This document shows positions 7,748-16,486 of a DNA stretch of 34,519 bases, piece by piece. Source of the stretch: a virus (taxonomy: Duplodnaviria > Caudoviricetes); IMG/VR virus record IMGVR_UViG_3300037045_000353, positions 1-34,519 of that record. One strand, given 5' to 3'. The notes below the pieces were generated by a model. It worked only from the letters and a program-made list of their open reading frames with translations, did no database searches and had not been told where the DNA came from. The translations under genes were made by a program, and so were the position numbers. Every line of letters begins with the position of its first letter. Within the stretch, counting starts at the first letter, position 1.

Positions 7748-10302
7748 CACCGCACCCCCTTATTGAACGCTTTGAAGGAGCGTTGTCTTTCTTGCATTCT
7801 GTTGATCGTCGGGACGATGACCTGCCCGACCTGTTGCCCATCGATATTGAGGTTGATGACCTGCGGGCCACCAGACGCCATCGATGGAGCTGCGCTCGGT
7901 TGCTTGGCCATGATGTTTGAAGCCATCTGACGCGGTGCATTGACCATCATGTCTTTCGTCATGCCAGAGAGCGCCTTTGTCGCCGCTCCCGTGTTGGCCT
8001 CGATACCGATCCCGACACCCGCCGGAATCATCTTACCGACGTTGTCTCTCATCCAGCGAGAAGGCGAATGGATGCCGAGCAAGCCCGTGATTCCGTCCTT
8101 GACCTTGTTGGCCACGGATGCCACTGCATCACCGATTGCGCCGACCATCGACTTGATCCCGTTGACGAGACCTTGAATGATGTTCTTACCGATCGATGAG
8201 AGGTTGATGGACGACAGGAACGATTTGGCTGCGTTCCACCCGTTCACGATTGCCGACTTGACGTTATTCATTGCGCTCGATACGACTGAACGCAAACTGT
8301 TGAACACGCTCGTCACAATGGAGCGGATGCTGTTCACGGCAGATGTGACCGCTGAACGGGCCGCATTCCATACGCTTGTGATGATGGAACGGATTGCGTT
8401 CATGACCGCTGTCACGACCGAGCGAATTCCATTGAATACCGACGTTATGATAGAGCGGATTGCGTTGACCGCTCCTGTTACAACGGAACGGATCGTGTTC
8501 CAGATGGAACGAATGATATTCATCACCGCTCGCATCGCTCCGTTGATGACGTTTCGGTAAGCGTTGAACGCTGTGGTCACAAGCGAGCGGATGGTCGCCA
8601 TCGTCGCTGTGAAGATGCCTTTGATGAAGTTCCAAGCAGATTTGATTACACTTCCGGCCGCTTTGCCGAACCCTCTTAGTGGTCCGAGAAACTTCCCGAT
8701 GAAGTACAGATTGATGAGCCCCCATGCCAATTGGAGAGCACCCATGAGAATCTGCTTCACTGCAGCCCACATCGCCGACCAGTTTCCGGTGAATAGCGCC
8801 GAGAAGAAGCTGATGATTCCGGTGATGATGGTGATCGCGCCTTGAATCACGTTTTTGATTGCGGTCCAAGTCGATTGGATTATCGAAAGCACCATCGGCC
8901 AGATGAAGATGATCGCTTGACCGATTCCGGCAAAAATTATCTTGATAAAATTCCATAGATTTTGTGCCGCTTGAATAATCATCGCGCCGTTTTGTTGCCA
9001 CCAAGCGGTGATTTGGGAAAGCGCCTGCTGAACGAAATTCTTCACGGCCGTCATCGCCTGTTGCACATACGGGGCAAGGAAGGCGAAGACCGCCATCGCC
9101 GCCGCTTTTATCTGATTCCACGCCGAGATGACACCCGAGCGGAACGTCTCGCTCCTCGTCCATAGCAGGTAGAACACGGCCGCTAGACCTGCGATTGCGG
9201 CGGCCACGACGAGCACAGTACCCATCATCGCCGCAAATCCGGTGACGATCGGACCGATTATCATCCATATCGCACCCATCGCGGCTTGAAGTCCACCAAA
9301 CAGCCCGATGCCGATGGCAAGCGGGGACAGGATGAGCGTCAATGCCGGAATGAGTAACAAGAACCCTGCGATGATTTTCGAGAGCACGGGATTCGCCTCG
9401 TTGAATTTGATGACGAGGTTGGCTATGGCGGCTATGAAGTTGTAGACCGGTGGCATGACCGCGGCAAACACGTCAATCATCGGCTGGAACGCCTCACGGA
9501 CGCTCGAGAGCATGCCCTTGAACGCCGTCGCATAGGCCGCATTGGTCTCCATCGCCCCGTCGTGCATGGCCTTATAGAAAAGACCCGCTCCGACAGCGGC
9601 AATCATGGCGACCATCGTGAACCGCATGAGCCCCTGTGTGATCATCATCGTCATGTCCTGCAATTGCTTCATGTTTGCCGTAGGCCCGAGCATTTTCAAG
9701 GCAAGGGCGGCCGGCTGTCCCTGCATGGCGATACGGTTCATCCCGTCCGCGACTCGGAGCAATCCTTGGTTGACGTTATAGAGCGGGTTACCCATACGTT
9801 CGAAGTTGTCACCGATCTTTGACGCTTGCGTGCTACGTGCGAGCATGGCGCCGACGGATTGATAGAAGCTCATCTTGGCCATTTCGTTGTTCGCCATCAT
9901 CTGGTCATTGATCTTCTTGTGCTTTTTGCCCATCGCCTCGATTCCGGACATGAACTCCTCGTTCGTGCCCTGGTAATCCCTTGCGCCCCTAGCCATTTGA
10001 AAATAGCCGTATTGGACGCCAATCATGTCGTCACGAAGACCGCTCATGGCGACACGTTGTTGGGCGAATGCGGACCGCATCTCTGAGCTCATCCGCTGTG
10101 CTTCCGGGGACGTCCCTCGATAGACCTCACGGATCCGTCTGCCCAAGCGGTCATATTGCTGACCGACCGCATCCGTCATGGCTGCAGAGTTTTGAGGGAT
10201 GGTCTCTCCGATACGGTTTAGCTCCTGGTTGACCTGCGCCACGTTCCTGCGAATATCCGATGTGTCCATCGAGGTGTCGATAATGACTCTACCGTCTGAC
10301 AT
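7747..10302 (-). CDS. Tape measure protein
   Basis: MSDGRVIIDT N-terminus, hydrophobic core, 11/22-aa W/F repeats and the GIHSPSR C-terminal motif. Confidence 0.95.
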   Translation of the reverse strand: MSDGRVIIDTSMDTSDIRRNVAQVNQELNRIGETIPQNSAAMTDAVGQQYDRLGRRIREVYRGTSPEAQRMSSEMRSAFAQQRVAMSGLRDDMIGVQYGYFQMARGARDYQGTNEEFMSGIEAMGKKHKKINDQMMANNEMAKMSFYQSVGAMLARSTQASKIGDNFERMGNPLYNVNQGLLRVADGMNRIAMQGQPAALALKMLGPTANMKQLQDMTMMITQGLMRFTMVAMIAAVGAGLFYKAMHDGAMETNAAYATAFKGMLSSVREAFQPMIDVFAAVMPPVYNFIAAIANLVIKFNEANPVLSKIIAGFLLLIPALTLILSPLAIGIGLFGGLQAAMGAIWMIIGPIVTGFAAMMGTVLVVAAAIAGLAAVFYLLWTRSETFRSGVISAWNQIKAAAMAVFAFLAPYVQQAMTAVKNFVQQALSQITAWWQQNGAMIIQAAQNLWNFIKIIFAGIGQAIIFIWPMVLSIIQSTWTAIKNVIQGAITIITGIISFFSALFTGNWSAMWAAVKQILMGALQLAWGLINLYFIGKFLGPLRGFGKAAGSVIKSAWNFIKGIFTATMATIRSLVTTAFNAYRNVINGAMRAVMNIIRSIWNTIRSVVTGAVNAIRSIITSVFNGIRSVVTAVMNAIRSIITSVWNAARSAVTSAVNSIRSIVTSVFNSLRSVVSSAMNNVKSAIVNGWNAAKSFLSSINLSSIGKNIIQGLVNGIKSMVGAIGDAVASVANKVKDGITGLLGIHSPSRWMRDNVGKMIPAGVGIGIEANTGAATKALSGMTKDMMVNAPRQMASNIMAKQPSAAPSMASGGPQVINLNIDGQQVGQVIVPTINRMQERQRSFKAFNKGVR
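8220..8620 (-). repeat. 33/66-bp coding repeats in TMP
   Basis: SIITSVFNGIR-SVVTAVMNAIR-SIITSVWNAAR-SAVTSAVNSIR-SIVTSVFNSLR. Confidence 0.85.
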
Positions 10303-10944
10303 CTAGTTCCCTCCCTTCTGCTGTAATGCCGCTTTGAGACGGGCGGATTGTGCTTGCATTTTAGCGAGCGCTTCACGGTCTTTTGCGGCTTTGACTTGTT
10401 TCTGAAGGCGTTCTGATTTGAACGCATACTTTTTCTTCATGTCTTCGATGTTCTTGATCTCTTCTTTGTTGTACTCGGTCCGTCGAGGAACCTTCATCTT
10501 GCGATAGCCAATCGCCTTTTGAACCTGCGTGTCCTCTGAAAGATTTTCGAGCAACTGTAAGAAGTCCGACCAGCCCATCTTGCCCTGCCTCGCATATAAG
10601 TCGATGTTGTAGTCATAGAGGAACGACGCATAGATACGCCCGGCGTCCTCGAAAAAGTCGAATGTCGGGACAGGCGCGTCGTCCTGTTCCTTCTCCAAAT
10701 CGAGGTCGAGCAAATCACGCATCATCTTGATCATGAAATCGACGCGTGAGGTGACGTCGAACTGTTCCGAGACTTCTTGCTCGGTAAAAATCTCGAAGCC
10801 GATATACAGGCGCTCGTGAGGTTTGAACGCCTCGTCCTGCATTAGCTCGAGCAACATGAGCACGTTATCGAATGCAAGATTGACATCGATGACTAGACCG
10901 TTCCACTTATAGTCTTGAATCGGTGACGGGTCACGCCAGAACAT
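10303..10944 (-). CDS. A118 Gp15-like tail assembly chaperone
   Basis: VNLAFDNVL, FDFFEDAGRIYASFLYDYNIDL and LENLSEDT...IGYR motifs; immediately upstream of TMP. Confidence 0.88.
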   Translation of the reverse strand: MFWRDPSPIQDYKWNGLVIDVNLAFDNVLMLLELMQDEAFKPHERLYIGFEIFTEQEVSEQFDVTSRVDFMIKMMRDLLDLDLEKEQDDAPVPTFDFFEDAGRIYASFLYDYNIDLYARQGKMGWSDFLQLLENLSEDTQVQKAIGYRKMKVPRRTEYNKEEIKNIEDMKKKYAFKSERLQKQVKAAKDREALAKMQAQSARLKAALQQKGGN

Positions 10945-10950
10945 GACTCA

Positions 10951-11343
10951 TCACTTCTTTTTCTTGAGATATTTGTCTTTCTTGACGTCTAACGCCTCGG
11001 ATTGCTCCTGCTCGTACAAATCGATGAGGTAGCTGACAAGGCTCATGAGGTTGAGCACCGAGCGTCCCGCCATCTCATAGAGCCCGTCGAACGATTCCTC
11101 ACCGAGAAACGCCTCGATGACCTTCTTGACCGCTTCTTTTTGCTTGTCGCGGTGCCCATGTAACTCTTCCTTGCTGGCATTCTCTACGTCGAACTGATCG
11201 AGCGCTTTGAACTCGTCGCGTGCATCTGTGGCCACGTCCATGTACCGGTCCATCGCCTCGTCGTCAAAGCTGACACGGTAGATTTCCCCGTTGATGTCGA
11301 TTTCCTTAAACGTCTTTTTAAACTCAAATTTTGGCATTGTCAT
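10951..11343 (-). CDS. Tail assembly chaperone (A118 gp14 position)
   Basis: Lies between the major tail gene and gp15; IDINGEIYRVSFDD and AFLGEESFDGLY segments; GGAGGG RBS. Confidence 0.75.
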   Translation of the reverse strand: MTMPKFEFKKTFKEIDINGEIYRVSFDDEAMDRYMDVATDARDEFKALDQFDVENASKEELHGHRDKQKEAVKKVIEAFLGEESFDGLYEMAGRSVLNLMSLVSYLIDLYEQEQSEALDVKKDKYLKKKK

Positions 11344-11368
11344 GTGTCGTTTCCCTCCGATTCAAAAT

Positions 11369-11393
11369 AAAAAGGCGAGCAATATGCCCGCCT
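11369..11393 (-). terminator. Intrinsic terminator after the major tail gene
   Basis: AGGCGGGCA-TAT-TGCTCGCC-TTTTT on the minus strand. Confidence 0.8.
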
Positions 11394-11396
11394 GTG

Positions 11397-11846
11397 TTAT
11401 GGTGTCACCGGTGCCGGTGTGACCGTTGGCAATCCGTCATAAGTGATCGTGAACTCGATTTCACCTTTCGAGTTAGCGTCACCGCCTGGCGCTTTGATCT
11501 CAAGGATTGTAGCGGGTCCGGAAATGATGGTGCCGTCTGGCTCTGTGACCTCGAAAATGGTTTTGCGTTGTGGTCCAGTCGTGTCGCGAAGTGAATAGAT
11601 GTAGTTCTGGGCGTCGTCATTGTAGTCGCGATGTCCCTCGAATGAATACGACATCTGAATACCCGTGACGTCGACCGTCGCCGCTCCGCCTCCGTCGTAG
11701 TAGTAGCTCTCGTCCGTCTCTTCGTTCGAATCCGGGTCGACAGACGTGATACCTGCAGCGATCTCGAGTTTTGTGACGCCTGTGAGCCCTTCTGTGATTG
11801 AGAATCCGTAACCGTGGTTAAGCAGGAATGCAGAGTTTGCTCCCAT
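11397..11846 (-). CDS. Major tail (tube) protein
   Basis: EIAAGITSVDPDSNEETDESYYYDGGG...YSFEGHRDYNDDAQNYI...GGDANSKGEIEFTI, A118 Tsh-like. Confidence 0.9.
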   Translation of the reverse strand: MGANSAFLLNHGYGFSITEGLTGVTKLEIAAGITSVDPDSNEETDESYYYDGGGAATVDVTGIQMSYSFEGHRDYNDDAQNYIYSLRDTTGPQRKTIFEVTEPDGTIISGPATILEIKAPGGDANSKGEIEFTITYDGLPTVTPAPVTP

Positions 11847-11852
11847 GTGGTG

Positions 11853-12242
11853 TTACCCCCTTTTGATTAGTTCCGCTTGGAATAGAGCGGTGTATAGATA
11901 TTCATTGTTGCTCGTCTTCTCGACGAAGTTCGGCTCGGTGTAGACTCCGCACTTGATGAAGTCGTACCCCGTGACCGTCAGCTCTCCGGATGACAGCTCG
12001 AGCGACTGCGTCATCAGCTCCATCGTGTCCATGACCTCGCCTTGACTCTCTGATTTGGCCAAAAGCTGAACCGTGACGTTCTTGATCATCGAGCGGTTCA
12101 TGTAACGGACGCCCGCAGGAGCGGGAGCCTGCCGTATGCTGATGGCTTTCGGTTCTAAGTCGAGGCTACCGATCTTCACGGGAGCGAATAGCGTGAGTTG
12201 GGCCTCCAAGTGGTCCGCAAGAGAGAGTAGAAACTCTTTCAT
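11853..12242 (-). CDS. Tail terminator / neck protein (A118 gp11-like)
   Basis: Synteny; C-terminal EPNFVEKTSNNEYLYTALFQAEL. Confidence 0.78.
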   Translation of the reverse strand: MKEFLLSLADHLEAQLTLFAPVKIGSLDLEPKAISIRQAPAPAGVRYMNRSMIKNVTVQLLAKSESQGEVMDTMELMTQSLELSSGELTVTGYDFIKCGVYTEPNFVEKTSNNEYLYTALFQAELIKRG

Positions 12243-12592
12243 CGCACCCGACCTCCCATCTCACGAGCGGCCAAGTTCAACCATTCCGGAAGATGAGCCG
12301 CTTTCGCCGCCTCGAACCAAAGCCCTTGGGCGTTCGGGTTCTTGTCTTTGGAGAAATTGTATTGCGGATTGTAGTACAAGCGCCTTGCGTATGGCGTCGC
12401 CCAGATGAGCTGGCCCTGTCCGATCAAGGACATTCGCAGGGACGAGTTGATGAGCTCGCTCGTGTCCTGTGGCGCATAGTTGTTGCTGTCTTTCAGAATC
12501 TGTTCATCAAGGACGAGCTGTGCCTTCTCCTTCCGCTTCTCAATGGCAGCGGCGAGGTCGTTCAATTGAACATTGACTCTTGTTCGGATCAT
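12239..12592 (-). CDS. Neck protein (A118 gp10-like, minor capsid 2 family)
   Basis: DSNNYAPQDTSELINS, WATPYARRLYY and NPNAQGLWFEAAK motifs; ATGA overlap gives a start at 12592. Confidence 0.88.
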   Translation of the reverse strand: MIRTRVNVQLNDLAAAIEKRKEKAQLVLDEQILKDSNNYAPQDTSELINSSLRMSLIGQGQLIWATPYARRLYYNPQYNFSKDKNPNAQGLWFEAAKAAHLPEWLNLAAREMGGRVR

Positions 12593-12921
12593 ACGAGAAT
12601 CGCCTCCCAATGATGGACTCGGTTGGAGCCGGCATAGAACGTGTTGACCTTCTGGACGATATAGGAGACCCCTTCGAACACGACCTTGGACTTCTCCTTC
12701 GGGACAATCCGCGGCGCCGTGTGATAGGCGTCAATGAACAGTAACGTGTTGGAAACGATTGATTCATTGTTCGTATTCACAACGACGGACCGTTTCGGCT
12801 CGACCCGTACCAAGCTCACGTTGATAGAGGGCTTGTAGGTCTCACCGAGGCGGTCGTTGCCGTCGTATTCTTGATAACCGATTTCATGGACGAGAAGACT
12901 CTTTCTGATGGGTTTAGCCAC
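12589..12921 (-). CDS. Head closure protein (A118 gp9-like)
   Basis: PIRKSLLVHEIGY...VRVEP...LLFIDA...VHHWEAILV; GTG start inferred. Confidence 0.82.
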   Translation of the reverse strand: MAKPIRKSLLVHEIGYQEYDGNDRLGETYKPSINVSLVRVEPKRSVVVNTNNESIVSNTLLFIDAYHTAPRIVPKEKSKVVFEGVSYIVQKVNTFYAGSNRVHHWEAILV

Positions 12922-13315
12922 ACGGACCACCGTCCCACGCCGCCACGCCACGATAGAGCAAGCCGGTGGCAAGCAGATAGTCTAAGACACTGCTTGCGTA
13001 CCGTCCGCTCCACGAGCTGGCTGACGAGCCTTTCTGCTCACTATATGAGCCGATGGAAAATCCACCGCCCGATGATTCACCCATCGAGGAAGCGGTCTCG
13101 CCGTATTCGACCAAGAACTCCACCTGTGACGCCGTGGCCAACTTGATTTTGTCTTGAATCGATACGTGCATATTCTCGAAGTCCGTTATGTTAAACCGTG
13201 TCAACACGTCGATGTCACGAGAGGCACGGTTGATGAGACGTTGAAGCGCCGTATCATCCGGCACCTCGACGCCCATGAAGTCGTTCCGATAATAATCGAT
13301 GTCGATGTAAGCCAT
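12914..13315 (-). CDS. Head-tail adaptor (A118 gp8-like)
   Basis: MAYIDIDYY, RASRDIDVLT, IKLATASQVEF, FSIGSYS and YLLATGLLYRGV motifs. Confidence 0.88.
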   Translation of the reverse strand: MAYIDIDYYRNDFMGVEVPDDTALQRLINRASRDIDVLTRFNITDFENMHVSIQDKIKLATASQVEFLVEYGETASSMGESSGGGFSIGSYSEQKGSSASSWSGRYASSVLDYLLATGLLYRGVAAWDGGPCG

Positions 13316-13345
13316 ATTCATCCCTCCTTGTTGAGAAGGAGCGGC

Positions 13346-13714
13346 TTACTTCTTCTCAAGCAATGCGATCAGTTCGTCTTTTGTTGCGCTAGATGAGTAT
13401 TCTGTACCCGCCTCGTCCAATTTCGCCTTGAGCTGGTCCTTCGTGAGGACGGAGAGGTCGAGACCTTCGTCCGCCAATCCTTCTTTCAGCTCCGCGTTCG
13501 CTTCGTCGAGTGCCGCAATCTTGGCTTTCTCGACGTCGACGAGGACGTCCATTTTCTTCATGTCGTCCTCATCGTATGGGTTCGGCTGTGTCGCCACCTC
13601 ATCTGAGACGACCTCGTCTGCTCCGTCCTCGACCCATCCTTGCAAGGCAAGCTCACGGGCGAGACCTTCAGATGCTTTGATCACTGCGTTGTCTTTTTTC
13701 ATGATTTTTGTCAT
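13346..13714 (-). CDS. HeH/LEM-like domain protein downstream of the capsid gene
   Basis: C-terminal LTKDQLKAKLDEAGTEYSSSATKDELIALL; own AGGAGGG RBS. Confidence 0.8.
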   Translation of the reverse strand: MTKIMKKDNAVIKASEGLARELALQGWVEDGADEVVSDEVATQPNPYDEDDMKKMDVLVDVEKAKIAALDEANAELKEGLADEGLDLSVLTKDQLKAKLDEAGTEYSSSATKDELIALLEKK

Positions 13715-13751
13715 GTGGTTTCCCTCCTAGAGATAAGAATAGCCGCTAGAA

Positions 13752-14636
13752 TTAAGCGGCCGGTTTAGTGTGTACGAATACGCCGTCAGCCTTGTTCTTC
13801 ATCACGAAGAGGTCATGGTAGAGGCGGTTTTGGTAGAGGTATCCGTCACCCTCTGTGTGTTGACCTGGCTGGAAGAGGTAGATTGATGCGATTTTCGCTT
13901 TGGCGATGATGGCAGGCTTCGCGACGATGAGGAAGTTGATCGCCTTCGCTCCGATTGCAGGCACGAATCCTTCTGTGAAGTCGAACGCCGTGTGGAAGCG
14001 AGCGGCATCCCATACTTCGACAAGACGTACGCCGTCGATGGCAGTGATGCGAGACTCAAGGACGCCAGGGCCTCCGCCTTGGACTGTGATTTGACGTGTG
14101 AAGTTGTCCGCTTGCTCGAGCAAGTCCATGACCTCTGACGACACGTAGACGACGATGTTTGCTGGACCGTATTTACGGAGCGGGAGGATGGCCGCTTTCA
14201 ATGCACCGTAGACAGTCGATTTCGTGAGGGCTGCCTCCGCTGTGTTCGATTCTGCCACGGCTTTCGTCGCTAGTTTCGAGAAGCGGTATGCATCCATCTC
14301 TGGCGCCGAGTGTTCAGTTGTGAAAGTACGAGTGATGTTGGCAGCTGATGCCGCTTGTGCCGACTCATCGACATCCGCCTGATCGACGAAGAACTCGATG
14401 TCGCGGTCAAACCCGAGCGTGTAGACCTCGTGTGTCACATCGACGTCACCGCGGTTGAATCCGCCGTTACGTGAGTGCGGCTTGTAACCTGTCACCGATA
14501 CAGATGGAACTTGGAACGACTTGGCGTTCAACCAGTTGACCTGTGGCGTCTCGAGCTCTGCTGATAGCGCCTGTTGAACGAGCACCTGGTCGAGCTCGTT
14601 TTGATATTTCGTTGCGTAGTTGATTGCGTTTGGCAT
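13752..14636 (-). CDS. Major capsid protein
   Basis: AINYATKYQNELDQ, FDRDIEFFVDQADVDE, PEMDAYRFSKLA and YLYQNRLYHDLFV motifs; follows the scaffold gene. Confidence 0.93.
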   Translation of the reverse strand: MPNAINYATKYQNELDQVLVQQALSAELETPQVNWLNAKSFQVPSVSVTGYKPHSRNGGFNRGDVDVTHEVYTLGFDRDIEFFVDQADVDESAQAASAANITRTFTTEHSAPEMDAYRFSKLATKAVAESNTAEAALTKSTVYGALKAAILPLRKYGPANIVVYVSSEVMDLLEQADNFTRQITVQGGGPGVLESRITAIDGVRLVEVWDAARFHTAFDFTEGFVPAIGAKAINFLIVAKPAIIAKAKIASIYLFQPGQHTEGDGYLYQNRLYHDLFVMKNKADGVFVHTKPAA

Positions 14637-14656
14637 GTGTTTGCCCTCCTAATTAA

Positions 14657-15319
14657 TCATTTTTTGCCGAACAACGCCGAAACAAATGTGTCAGTGTCGC
14701 CCGAATCTTTCTTGTGCTGACCTTGCGTGAATTTGGGAGGCGTTTGACCTCCTTGATCTTCCTGTTGAACCGCTTTGAAGTGGGGATGACGGTCGAGTAC
14801 GCTCGCGATCGCATCTTCAATCGTCTCCGCATCTTTTGACTTGGCGAGAAGGAGCACGTCGTCCAGATAGTCCGGATTGACGTTTGCTTTGAATGCGGCG
14901 ATTTGTGCTTTGAGTGCTGCAGCTTCTTCTTTTGCCTGTTGTGCCTCTTGTTGAACGGCGGTGAGTTGCTCTGTCTGCTTCTCCGCTTCAGTCTTTTGCG
15001 ACTCCTTCCACTCATTGAACTTCGTCAAAGCCTCTTTCGCTGAATCCAAATTCTCGACACCGAGCTGTTTTAAAATCTTGGTCTGTGTGTCCTTCTTTTG
15101 GTTGGCCAAGAAGCTGTTGAGCTCCGTTTGAGTGAATGTCTTTTCTTGTCCCTCTCCGCCCTGCTCAGAGCCTTGAGTCGTTCCAGCGCCGTCCGTGCCC
15201 TGTTGTTGCAGGTCCGTCCCTTGCTGTCCTTCCGTACCTTGCGAGCCTTGCCCCTCTCCACCTTCTGCAAAGAACTGAAGGTCGAGCGGTAGATAATTGC
15301 GTTTTTTTCGTTTTAACAT
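14657..15319 (-). CDS. Capsid scaffolding protein with N-terminal Prp-type cleavage motif
   Basis: LPLDLQFFAEG, G/Q-rich linker, KTFTQTELN and a coiled coil. Confidence 0.9.
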   Translation of the reverse strand: MLKRKKRNYLPLDLQFFAEGGEGQGSQGTEGQQGTDLQQQGTDGAGTTQGSEQGGEGQEKTFTQTELNSFLANQKKDTQTKILKQLGVENLDSAKEALTKFNEWKESQKTEAEKQTEQLTAVQQEAQQAKEEAAALKAQIAAFKANVNPDYLDDVLLLAKSKDAETIEDAIASVLDRHPHFKAVQQEDQGGQTPPKFTQGQHKKDSGDTDTFVSALFGKK

Positions 15320-15388
15320 GATAGTGCCCTCCTAATGAGTAGAATCCTGCGTTTTGTTTAATGTCCACTACGAGTAAACGGACATGAT

Positions 15389-16486
15389 TCAAACGATTTG
15401 TTCCCGCTTGTAGCGGCGTGTACGGCCCGTCATGTCGATGAACCGTCTCATCTTCGCCTGCTTCATGCGGATGTTCTGTTTCGCCTCTTTGATGCCGGTT
15501 TCGTCTTTCATCGCCTCCATCATGCGAAGCTCTTTCTTGCCGGCGCGGATTTCCCTCTCGATCGATCGCTGTCGCTGCGACTCCTTGTAGAGCTTTTCCG
15601 ACTGCCGTTTGTCATATGGGTTGGGTCGACGAATCGATTTCCCATTGACGAACGGATAGAACTGATGACCGCAGTTGATACCCGTGATGATCCCGTCAAT
15701 CTTGCCGTATGTGGTCGAGGCGAGAGCAGGGTACCGCTTGGCCCGTCCGCTCCGGCTGTATATGTTGCCTTGATATTCGAAATGAGAGGGACGTGAGCCG
15801 ACGTGTGAGCTGATTTCGACGAGGTCGATGTTGTACTCGTCCATGCGCGACTCCTGCGCCTTGGCGGCGACCTGTGAGCTGATGGAGCGTGTGACCATGT
15901 TGACGTATGCCTCGGTGCTCCATCGCTTCCCTGCCTTGTCTATGAGCGCAGGGACACCCTTCTCCGCCCATTGCTTTGCGACCTTCCGCATCGCCTGGTC
16001 ATGAGTCGACAGCCCCGTCAACACCTCGGCCGTCGACTTGTTCACGATGTCGATATAGACCTGTTGTGACGAGCTCAATAGCGTCGTGTTGACGAGGTTC
16101 ATCGTGTTGATGGCGTTCTGCTCGAATAACAGGAGCGTCCCAAGCAAGACGTTCGACTGTGAGACGGCGGTGACGGTCGCACCGGGCAAAGCCGCTGCCA
16201 TTCCCGCCTCGATCTCGTTGACCGCCATGAACCCGATTTCCCGAATCCATGCTTTGACCGCCTCGGGCGTCTTTCCGGAAGCCCTTGCGATCGTCTTGAT
16301 CTGTTCCTCTTGGAGCGGCCCGAGCTGTTGCAACTTCGTGACCTGCCATTGAAGGACGTTGTCTTGCGTGATGGTCTGATTCGTGGCGAGCTTCCGCCCG
16401 ATGTTGGTCAGCAGTTCCAGCTCGAGTTCTTGGTACAACTCGTTAATGAATAGGCTACTCTGCTGTATTTGTTCCGGTGTCGGCAT
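15389..16486 (-). CDS. Minor capsid / head morphogenesis protein (A118 gp4-like)
   Basis: DKAGKRWSTEAYVNMVTRS, VEISSHVGSRPSH, GINCGHQFYPF and QRQRSIEREIR motifs. Confidence 0.9.
   Translation of the reverse strand: MPTPEQIQQSSLFINELYQELELELLTNIGRKLATNQTITQDNVLQWQVTKLQQLGPLQEEQIKTIARASGKTPEAVKAWIREIGFMAVNEIEAGMAAALPGATVTAVSQSNVLLGTLLLFEQNAINTMNLVNTTLLSSSQQVYIDIVNKSTAEVLTGLSTHDQAMRKVAKQWAEKGVPALIDKAGKRWSTEAYVNMVTRSISSQVAAKAQESRMDEYNIDLVEISSHVGSRPSHFEYQGNIYSRSGRAKRYPALASTTYGKIDGIITGINCGHQFYPFVNGKSIRRPNPYDKRQSEKLYKESQRQRSIEREIRAGKKELRMMEAMKDETGIKEAKQNIRMKQAKMRRFIDMTGRTRRYKREQIV

Noticed and set aside
8264-9268. 334-aa alternate-frame ORF in TMP, and the antisense ORFs at 7940-8845
   Set aside because: Low-complexity by-products of the TMP repeats.
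10940-10975. Programmed -1 frameshift joining the tail chaperones
   Set aside because: The two ORFs are in the same frame, separated by TGA-TGA-GTC-ATG. There is no canonical XXXYYYZ heptamer, and a shift would not fuse them.
11330-11402. A118/PSA-type frameshift extension of the major tail protein at CCA-TAA
   Set aside because: The codon is CCA rather than CCC, a terminator follows immediately, and the +1 frame closes after ~25 codons with no Ig-like domain.
13715-13760. Capsid-to-HeH frameshift fusion
   Set aside because: No slippery site seen; the downstream gene has its own strong RBS.
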